A stretch of 32,000 bases of DNA from sequence record ON005621.1, one strand, 5' to 3'. The notes beneath the pieces were generated by a model. The model was not told where the DNA came from, searched no databases, and saw nothing but the letters and a program-made list of their open reading frames with translations. Positions 25,053-32,000 of the stretch are shown in pieces. Position 1 is the stretch's first letter. Each line of letters opens with the position of its first letter. A program made the translations under genes and the position numbers. Source of the stretch: Stenotrophomonas phage A1432.

Positions 25053-26030
25053 ATGGCCTATGCTACCGGCACCGCGTCAAGCCCTCTGGACCTGCTGGAT
25101 AAGCTGAAGCTTTTCCTTGAGGCCAATGGCTGGACCACCAACATGTACCAGCAGGACGGGCCGACCAGCCCGGCCTGGCGCCTGCATGTCCAGAAGGGCG
25201 CAGACTTGTTTGCCAATCTGTACGCTTCCAACAACTCCACTTTCCCGGCTATTAACCAGCGCAGTGGGTCGTCCAATGTCTACGCCATGGGCGTCAATAT
25301 GTCGGACGGGTTCAATGCCGCCAATGGCTGGCATCAGCAGCCGGGCTCCCCGCTTTTTGCCAGCTACCGCTGGGCGGGCATTATGTCCGAGCTGGCTGGT
25401 GCCATGCCGGCCTATCACTTCTTCTCCTATCCGGACTCGGACGACATCCTGATTGCCGTGGAGTTCCGCACCGGCGTCTACCAGTTCATGGGCTTCGGGC
25501 GGCTTGCCAAGTTTACCCCCACTGCCGAGTATGGGCAATGGTTCTTCGGCTCCACCAATAGCGCGGATTCGTCCTATGGCACCTCCTATGACGTGGATGG
25601 CACGTACCAGAAGGAGCTGATCCCGTTCCGCCTGGCGTACCTGGCATCGGGCAACTATGCCGTCTCCTCCTTTGTACGGGTCAACATTGACTCCATCAAT
25701 GGCTGGGCGGCAAGCGCCCGCCGCAATACCGATTCTCCGGCGCCCCTGGCAGCTGCAGGCCAGGCTCGGTGGGATGAGTGGATGCGCTCGGCCACGATGA
25801 CCGCAGCAGGCTGGCAGACGGTCCTGCTCCGCCAGACTGTCTACATCCCGCGCAGCGACACCTCCTATTCTCCGTTCGGTGAAATCAAGTACATGCGCCG
25901 GCTGGAGATGACCAACTACCTGGCAGCCGAGGAGTTCACCCTTGGCTCTGAGGTGTGGAAGGTCTTCCCGTACCGCCAGAAGGGCGGCCCGTCCCTGCAG
26001 CGGGGCATTGCAATCCGAAAGGTGGTGTAA
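25053..26030 (+). CDS. Tail protein, possibly related at its N-terminus to the upstream gene
   Basis: MAYATGTASSPLDLLDKLKLFLEANGWTTNMYQQDG... Confidence 0.7.
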   Translation: MAYATGTASSPLDLLDKLKLFLEANGWTTNMYQQDGPTSPAWRLHVQKGADLFANLYASNNSTFPAINQRSGSSNVYAMGVNMSDGFNAANGWHQQPGSPLFASYRWAGIMSELAGAMPAYHFFSYPDSDDILIAVEFRTGVYQFMGFGRLAKFTPTAEYGQWFFGSTNSADSSYGTSYDVDGTYQKELIPFRLAYLASGNYAVSSFVRVNIDSINGWAASARRNTDSPAPLAAAGQARWDEWMRSATMTAAGWQTVLLRQTVYIPRSDTSYSPFGEIKYMRRLEMTNYLAAEEFTLGSEVWKVFPYRQKGGPSLQRGIAIRKVV

Positions 26031-26032
26031 CC

Positions 26033-27715
26033 GTGGCCGTGATCGCCCTCCCGAGCTGGGCCCTGGTAAAGGATCAGTTCCCGGTTAGCGTCAGCCTGGA
26101 CACCAGCTCCAATCTGGACGCGCCGGCCGAGTTCCCCTGGAATACGTTGTTCAATCTGGGAGGGCATGGCGCTGGAGTGGGCCTCACAACCCACCTGCCT
26201 ATCCAGGTCATCACACCGCCAGCCTTTGCCGGTGGCGCCATGCTGGCCCCCACCTTCGTAGACGACTTCTACAATCGAATCCATGTGCGCCCGGGCCGAA
26301 TCGACCTGGGCAATCTGCTTTCTAGCCAGACCAGGGCCATTGAGGTCTGGAATGCCTACTTCACCGGTAAGCTGCTGTCGTCCATTGCCAACAACGGCCT
26401 GGACGGCATTGACCTTGCCCAGCCGGTCCCGACGCCTACCACCTTTGGCGCCCAGGAATCCCGCATCTATACGGTCTCCATCTCGACCAGCGGCTCCCCG
26501 GTCATCAATGGTAACTACGTCTTCAACTTCCCCAGTGAAGCGCCGAAGCTGTTCATCACCGGCCGCCGAGTGGTCATCTGGCCCTTCGTCCCCCAGACAA
26601 AGTTCAGGGAGACTCTCCAGTGGATGACGGACGTCATGCAGGCCTACTCGGCCGAGCAGCGCCTGGCGCTACGTACGGCCCCGCGGCAGCAGTTCCAGTA
26701 TGAGTTCCAGCTTACCCCACTCCAGTACTCCCGGGCAAAGGCCATCGCTACCCAGTGGGCCCACCGCGTCTATGGCGTGCCGGTCTGGGCGGAGGCTACC
26801 CGTCTGGGCGCCCTGGCAGCCGGCCTGTCGTCCCTGACCTTCGACACCACAACCGGCGATTACCGGGCCAACGACATCCTCCTCATCTGGGAGTCGGACA
26901 CCAAGATGCTCGCGGCCGAAACGCTGGCCGTGTCCGCCGGTTCGGTCGCTCTGAAGCTGCCGACAGACCAGGCGTTCTCGAATGCGTACGTAATGCCTCT
27001 CCGGTTCGCCCGGACGCTGAACGGTGCTGAGTTTACCCGAGACGCCCATACTGTCACCCGAGCGCGTGTGCAGTTCCTGGTGAACAACAACGTCGACCTG
27101 GGGGCGAGTGTCGGTTACCCGCAATACCGCGGCAAGGACGTGATGATGGATCGTTCGGTTGTCATCTCGGATATGTCTGAGCGGATCATGCGGGCAGTGG
27201 AGATTTTCGACAACGGGTCGGGCCCAGTCACTATTGACCAGGAGCGTGCCTTCGTCGATCGCACGGAGATGCTCACCCTGGACGCACTGACGCCCCAGGA
27301 AGCTTGGCGCAACAGGAAGTGGCTCCATGCCCGCCGGGGCCGCCAGAAGACCTTCTGGCTCCCTGGGTGGAACAACGACCTGTCGCTTGTCCAGAACGTC
27401 GGCACGGCAGACACGGGCATCATCGTCCGTCCTATCGGCTATCCCCTCTACTACGGGATCCAGGACGTGATGGTGGTCTTGAACAACGGCACTGTGCGAT
27501 ACAATCGCGTCCTATCCGGCGCCACCAACGGCGACGGCAATGAAGTCCTCTCCCTGAGCTCCAACTTCGGAGTGGCCTTCACGCCGGCAGACGTGGCGGT
27601 CTTCTGCTTCATGAAGCACGTGCGGCTGGATGCGGACCAGGCAGAACTCACCCATGACTATGCCGGTCGCATGAGCACCTCGCTCCCCGTCATCGAAGTC
27701 CCTGAAGGCGATTAA
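26033..27715 (+). CDS. Tail protein (560 aa), GTG start
   Basis: VAVIALPSWALVKDQFPVSVSLDTSSNLDAPAEFPW...; GTG 26033 directly follows the previous stop; the track start 25955 is upstream overextension. Confidence 0.75.
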   Translation: MAVIALPSWALVKDQFPVSVSLDTSSNLDAPAEFPWNTLFNLGGHGAGVGLTTHLPIQVITPPAFAGGAMLAPTFVDDFYNRIHVRPGRIDLGNLLSSQTRAIEVWNAYFTGKLLSSIANNGLDGIDLAQPVPTPTTFGAQESRIYTVSISTSGSPVINGNYVFNFPSEAPKLFITGRRVVIWPFVPQTKFRETLQWMTDVMQAYSAEQRLALRTAPRQQFQYEFQLTPLQYSRAKAIATQWAHRVYGVPVWAEATRLGALAAGLSSLTFDTTTGDYRANDILLIWESDTKMLAAETLAVSAGSVALKLPTDQAFSNAYVMPLRFARTLNGAEFTRDAHTVTRARVQFLVNNNVDLGASVGYPQYRGKDVMMDRSVVISDMSERIMRAVEIFDNGSGPVTIDQERAFVDRTEMLTLDALTPQEAWRNRKWLHARRGRQKTFWLPGWNNDLSLVQNVGTADTGIIVRPIGYPLYYGIQDVMVVLNNGTVRYNRVLSGATNGDGNEVLSLSSNFGVAFTPADVAVFCFMKHVRLDADQAELTHDYAGRMSTSLPVIEVPEGD

Positions 27716-27718
27716 CCC

Positions 27719-28531
27719 ATGACCTACGCTGCAGTCGAAAACTCCGCACAGGGTGGAGCCCCGGTTGAGCTCTACGAGTTCACCCAGGGGCTGCAGCGTT
27801 GGTTCTACTGCTCAGGCGCCGACGTGGTGAACCGACTGGGCATTGACTATGCCCCGTCCAACATCCAGCGCGACCGCATTAAGCAGTCGACGGACGTCTT
27901 CAAGAACGGGATCAAGCTCTCCTTCCCGCGCGACAACGAATTCGCCGTGCAGTTCCTGGGGTTCGCTCCGGAGCTGCCCACGACGGTCTCCATCTTCCGC
28001 GGTCACTACTCGGACCCGGACAAGCAGTTCGTCATCTACTGGAAGGGCCGTCTGCTCTCCGCCAAGGCAACCGACTCCAAGATTGAGCTGGAGTGTGAGC
28101 CGGTGTATACCTCCATTCGTCGACCTGGCCTGCGTGCCAAGTTCGAGTATGGGTGCCGCCACGTACTGTACGGCCGCCGGTGCGCAGTCAACCAGGAGAC
28201 CTACAAGTTCACCGGCACGGTGATCGGCGTCACGGGCGGGCTGGTGGTAGCCGTGGCCGGCATCGCGGGCGTCTACCCTGATGGGTACTTCACGGGCGGC
28301 GTTATCTATGGGGCAGATCGTGCCGCCAGATTCATCGTCGCCCATACTGGGAACAACCTCACGCTGTCCAGGCCGCTGACCTCCCTGGTCGGGGCCATGA
28401 CGGTGACTGTCTACCCAGGCTGTGACCACCTCCGAACGACCTGCGAGACCAAATTCAACAACCTGGACAACTTCGGCGGGTTCCCCTGGGTACCGAGCCG
28501 CAACCCGTTTGACGGAAGTTCCATCGCCTGA
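27719..28531 (+). CDS. DUF2163/BR0599-like minor tail protein
   Basis: MTYAAVENSAQGGAPVELYEFTQGLQRWFYCSGADVV...KFEYGCRHVLYGRRCAVNQETYKFTGTV. Confidence 0.75.
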   Translation: MTYAAVENSAQGGAPVELYEFTQGLQRWFYCSGADVVNRLGIDYAPSNIQRDRIKQSTDVFKNGIKLSFPRDNEFAVQFLGFAPELPTTVSIFRGHYSDPDKQFVIYWKGRLLSAKATDSKIELECEPVYTSIRRPGLRAKFEYGCRHVLYGRRCAVNQETYKFTGTVIGVTGGLVVAVAGIAGVYPDGYFTGGVIYGADRAARFIVAHTGNNLTLSRPLTSLVGAMTVTVYPGCDHLRTTCETKFNNLDNFGGFPWVPSRNPFDGSSIA

Positions 28532-28540
28532 GGAGGCCCT

Positions 28541-28771
28541 ATGTGGTGGTATATCGTGGTCTTCATCGTGGCGCTGGTTGTCAGCTACTCCATGATGCCC
28601 AAGCCGCAGCAGGCCAAGCCGGCCGGCCTGGCAGACGTGACAGCTCCCACCGCCGAGGTGGGCCGTGAGATTCCAGTCCTGTTTGGCGAGCGCGACCTGA
28701 AGGGCCCCAACGTCGTCTGGTACGGGGACTTCCTGGCGACCGCCATCAAGAAGGCAGGCGGCAAGAAGTGA
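28541..28771 (+). CDS. Small membrane-anchored tail-region protein
   Basis: MWWYIVVFIVALVVSYSMMPKPQQAKPAGLADVTAPTAEVGREIPVLFGERDLKGPNVVWYGDFLATAI...; AGGAGG RBS. Confidence 0.75.
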   Translation: MWWYIVVFIVALVVSYSMMPKPQQAKPAGLADVTAPTAEVGREIPVLFGERDLKGPNVVWYGDFLATAIKKAGGKK

Positions 28772-28971
28772 TGGATACCCAGGTCATCGTCAAGATGGAA
28801 CACATGCGCCGGTTGGGCTATTGCTCTGCCGGCGTTCGCGCATTCTTCCAGAAGCATGACCTGGACTACTCCGGGTTTCTCCAGCACGGGATCAAGGCCG
28901 AGCTGCTGGCCGAGACCGGCGATGGTATGGCAATGACCGTGATTGAGGAGGCCGCCCGTGGGCAGCAGTAA
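28771..28971 (+). CDS. Hypothetical protein (66-67 aa)
   Basis: MDTQVIVKMEHMRRLGYCSAGVRAFFQKHDLDYSGFLQHGI...; GTG 28768 and ATG 28771 are both possible starts. Confidence 0.65.
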   Translation: MDTQVIVKMEHMRRLGYCSAGVRAFFQKHDLDYSGFLQHGIKAELLAETGDGMAMTVIEEAARGQQ

Positions 28972-31267
28972 GAAGCAAACCATCGGCTACAAGTACCACC
29001 TGGGCATGCACATGATCCTGTGCCATGGCCCGATCGACAAGATCACCCAGATCAACGTCGACAACAAGAAGGCCTGGAGTGGCTCCTCTACTGGCGGCCA
29101 GATCTTCATCAACTCTCCCACCCTGTTTGGCGGCGACGAGCGAGAAGGTGGCGTCGGCGGCTACAACAACATGGGCGAGTGGATGGGCATCCCCATCCGG
29201 CAGTTCAGCGCTGGCGACGTCGACATTGAGATGGGCCGCCCCACCCAGGGCCGGAACACCTACCTCCAGAGGATGCTCGGCCTGGCGATCCCGGCATTCC
29301 GGGGTGTCGTCGGTATTGTCCTGCGCCGCTGCTACCTGGGCAACAACCCCTACCTCAAGCTCTGGGCTTTCCGGGGCACGCGCATCCATGTCCGCCAGGA
29401 TGGCATTGCCCAGTGGTATGACGCCAAGGCAGAAGTCCTGGGCGACATGAACCCGGCCCACATCATCCGCGAGGTCCTGACGGACCCGGACTGGGGCATG
29501 GGCTATCCCGAGGGGGACATGAACGAGGACGCCTTCCGGGCAGCTGCAGATCAGCTGGCGGCCGAAGGCATGGGCATGTCCATCCTGTGGGACAAGCAGC
29601 AGCAGCTGGACGACTTCCTGGCGATCATCCTCCGCCATATCGATGCTTCCCTGTACACTGACCGCTTGACCGGCCAGTTCGTGTTGAAGCTTGCTCGTGG
29701 CGGGTACAATGTCAACACGCTCCAGCTCCTGGACGAGACGGTCATCTCCCGCATCACCGACTTCAAGCGGGCCACCATTGACGAGCTGACCAACCAGGTC
29801 AGCGTGACCTTCTGGGACAAGTCGACGGGCAAGGACAACTCGGTCACCGTGCAGGATATTGCCCTTGCCGCCTCACAGGGCGCCACGGTCGGTACGACTG
29901 TCCAGTACCCGGGTTTCACCAATGGCACCATCGCCACCCGCGTGGCGGCACGTGACCTGAAGGCCCTATCTACGCCCCTGGCTACTGCCACCCTGTACGT
30001 CACCCGTGTTGCCGCCAACCTGAACATTGGTGACGTGTTCAAGCTCTCCTGGGCTGAGTACGGCATCCAGTCTGTCGTCTTCCGGGTGACCAATGTCGAG
30101 CTGGGCGACCTGACGAGCAACCTGGTCAAGCTCTCCGTCATCGAGGACGTGTTCAGCCTGTCGGATGCCATCTATGCCCCGCCGCCGCCGAGCGAGTGGG
30201 TCAATCCGATCGGCCCACCGGTCTCGGTCCAGTACCGCTACCTGACGGAAATCCCCTACTACTTCATGGCCCGCAGCCTGGGTGACTCTGCCGCCCAAGT
30301 CCTGGCCCCGACGGCAGGCTACCTGGCAACCGCCGGCGCACGGCCGTCTGGCGGGGCGATCGCCGCCCAGATCCTGGTCAATGAGACCAGCTCGACCTGG
30401 GAGCAGCGGGGCACGATGACCTTCTGCCCGACCGCCACCATTGCGGCTGAGGTGCGAGGTGGCGAGGTCACGGACATTGCCATCACTGGCGGCGTGGACC
30501 TGGAGTTCATTACCGCCGGCAGCCTGGCCGTACTGGGCACCGGCGTGGATAACTCTAACAATGCCTTCGAGATTGTCCAGGTTACTGCCCTGACGGATAC
30601 CACTGTCACAGTGCGCCGGGGCATGTTGGATACCACGCCCCGTAAGTCCATTGCGGCAGGTGTCCGGATCCTGTTCCTGGGTCAGGGGGACTTCCTGGAG
30701 GAGCTGCCCACTGAGTACGCCTCTGGTGAGTACATCCAGGTCCGCCAGCTGACCACCACCCCGTCCGGGACGCTGCCCCTGGCAAACGCCCCGATTGACG
30801 CCATCACGATCGCTTCCAATGCCAGGCAGAACCGCCCCAACCCGCCCGGCCGGCTGCGCCTGACGACGTCCTACCAGCCCAATACCATCTATGAGCCCGA
30901 GGTATACGGCCCGACCTTGACGGCTAACTGGGCTCACCGGGATCGCCTGCAGCAGACTGGTGCAACCCTGGTCCTGCAGGACGCAAGCAGCATCGGGCCG
31001 GAAGCCGGGGTCACCTACTGGGTGCGCTGGTTCATTGACAATAGCCAGGTGCGCAGCCAGACTGGCGTTACTGGTCTCACTGATGCCTATACACCGCCGG
31101 CGGGGTCTGGCGGCAAGCTCTTCCAGGTTGAAATCCTGGCGCAGCGTGCTGGACAGGACGCCTGGCGACCGTTGTACCATGAGTTCCGCTACCGTGCCCA
31201 AATGGGTACCGAGACTGGCGGCAATGTGTTCGTGACCGAGGCGGGCGACCGCTTCATCCTGGAGTGA
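28958..31267 (+). CDS. Tail-tip/host-specificity (J-like) protein
   Basis: GSSKKQTIGYKYHLGMHMILCHGPIDKITQINVDNKKAW...FRGTRIHVRQDGIAQWYD...MNPAHIIREVLTDPDWGMG; GTG 28958 preceded by GAGGAGG. Confidence 0.85.
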   Translation: MGSSKKQTIGYKYHLGMHMILCHGPIDKITQINVDNKKAWSGSSTGGQIFINSPTLFGGDEREGGVGGYNNMGEWMGIPIRQFSAGDVDIEMGRPTQGRNTYLQRMLGLAIPAFRGVVGIVLRRCYLGNNPYLKLWAFRGTRIHVRQDGIAQWYDAKAEVLGDMNPAHIIREVLTDPDWGMGYPEGDMNEDAFRAAADQLAAEGMGMSILWDKQQQLDDFLAIILRHIDASLYTDRLTGQFVLKLARGGYNVNTLQLLDETVISRITDFKRATIDELTNQVSVTFWDKSTGKDNSVTVQDIALAASQGATVGTTVQYPGFTNGTIATRVAARDLKALSTPLATATLYVTRVAANLNIGDVFKLSWAEYGIQSVVFRVTNVELGDLTSNLVKLSVIEDVFSLSDAIYAPPPPSEWVNPIGPPVSVQYRYLTEIPYYFMARSLGDSAAQVLAPTAGYLATAGARPSGGAIAAQILVNETSSTWEQRGTMTFCPTATIAAEVRGGEVTDIAITGGVDLEFITAGSLAVLGTGVDNSNNAFEIVQVTALTDTTVTVRRGMLDTTPRKSIAAGVRILFLGQGDFLEELPTEYASGEYIQVRQLTTTPSGTLPLANAPIDAITIASNARQNRPNPPGRLRLTTSYQPNTIYEPEVYGPTLTANWAHRDRLQQTGATLVLQDASSIGPEAGVTYWVRWFIDNSQVRSQTGVTGLTDAYTPPAGSGGKLFQVEILAQRAGQDAWRPLYHEFRYRAQMGTETGGNVFVTEAGDRFILE

Positions 31268-31269
31268 CC

Positions 31270-31572
31270 ATGACCGAGAGAAATCCTGACTGGCGCTCCT
31301 CCTGGAGGACCCGCCGACGATTCATGTTTGCCATCGCCGCGTTCTGCATGTGGGTCATTGGTTACGTCCTCTACAAGGACCTGTCCTCCAGCCCGGCCGA
31401 CACGGCGATAACGATGGCGTTCTTGACACTCATCAGCATCGTAGGCTCGTATGTCTTTGGCGCGACCTGGGAAGACGTCAGCATCGCCAAGGCGAAGATC
31501 AGCAAGGCGCCCCATGTGGGCAAACCTGCCCCAGGTCCCGGGGCTTCAGCAGCGGTGGAGGATGCACCATGA
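31270..31572 (+). CDS. Small protein with two predicted transmembrane segments, holin candidate
   Basis: MTERNPDWRSSWRTRRRFMFAIAAFCMWVIGYVLYKDLSSSPADTAITMAFLTLISIVGSYVFG...; directly upstream of the endolysin-like gene. Confidence 0.6.
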   Translation: MTERNPDWRSSWRTRRRFMFAIAAFCMWVIGYVLYKDLSSSPADTAITMAFLTLISIVGSYVFGATWEDVSIAKAKISKAPHVGKPAPGPGASAAVEDAP

Positions 31573-32000
31573 GTTTCGTATTGGGTAGTAAGTCGAGGGC
31601 CAACCTGGTTGGCGTCCATCCCCTGCTTATCAAGGTAGTGGAGCGCGCCATCCAGGTCTCGACGGTTGACTTCCAGGTGTTCGAGGGCCTGCGGACCAGG
31701 GAGCGCCAGGCTAAGCTGGTGGCGTCCGGTGCAAGCCAGACCATGGACTCCCGCCACCTCCCCGGAAAGGACCAGCTCGGCCACGCCGTCGACCTGGTGC
31801 CGATGATCGACTTCGATGGCGACGGCCGACTGGACCTGCGCTGGGACTGGCCCCTCTGCTACAAGGTGGCGGATGCCGTCCGCCGGGCAAGCCAGGAGCT
31901 GAATATCCCCATCCGTTGGGGCGGCGTCTGGGACCACACCCTGGCCGACCTCGCCAACGACCTGGACGACGAGACCGCCGGCTATGTCATGCGCCGCAAG
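31569..32000 (+). CDS. M15-type peptidoglycan endopeptidase (endolysin), 3'-truncated by window edge
   Basis: MSFVLGSKSRANLVGVHPLLIKVVERAIQVSTVDFQVFEGLRTRERQAKLVASGASQTMDSRHLPGKDQLGHAVDLVPMIDFDG...WGGVWD; ATGA overlap; absent from the ORF track because it has no stop in the window. Confidence 0.85.
   Translation, partial: MSFVLGSKSRANLVGVHPLLIKVVERAIQVSTVDFQVFEGLRTRERQAKLVASGASQTMDSRHLPGKDQLGHAVDLVPMIDFDGDGRLDLRWDWPLCYKVADAVRRASQELNIPIRWGGVWDHTLADLANDLDDETAGYVMRRK

Noticed and set aside
19228-27715. Contractile tail sheath/baseplate genes
   Set aside because: No sheath-like protein next to the tube gene, and the tail-tip set is siphovirus-like.
29966-31201. - strand ORF (411 aa) opposite the tail-tip gene
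   Set aside because: Shadow ORF; the + strand is clearly the J-like protein.

Overview
The window is the structural and morphogenesis half of a high-GC tailed dsDNA phage or prophage, most likely with a long non-contractile tail. No sheath, integrase or terminase gene was recognised. Rightward order: partial ORF, tRNA-Ile(GAT), a ~650-nt non-coding region, two small ORFs, an unknown 544-aa protein, a membrane-anchored protein, ATP-dependent DNA ligase, DUF4055-type portal, an 1106-aa multidomain MuF/SPP1-gp7-like protein, and scaffold. Next comes a leftward cassette of six small genes including a NADAR-family protein. The rightward order then resumes: HK97-fold capsid, head-tail genes, tail tube, frameshifted tail chaperone, tape measure, tail-tip genes, a holin-like protein, and an M15-type endopeptidase cut by the window edge. 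Two observations stand out. (1) The region 614-1202, starting at the base after the tRNA CCA, folds on paper into abutting long helices (H1 614-636/730-752; H2 753-773/844-864; H3 865-896/961-994; H4 995-1004/1094-1103; then a three-way junction at 1113-1202) and is followed by a terminator. Non-Watson-Crick positions are mostly G.U on the + strand. This looks like a large ornate phage non-coding RNA, analogous in setting to GOLLD/ROOL, though I cannot assign a family. (2) The virion MuF-like protein carries a HELGH zincin motif, three helical repeats and a C-terminal ADP-ribosyltransferase-like domain, and a NADAR protein (a family linked to ADP-ribose chemistry) is encoded antisense about 1.3 kb away. 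All helices, families and products were derived by eye from sequence; no search or folding program was run.
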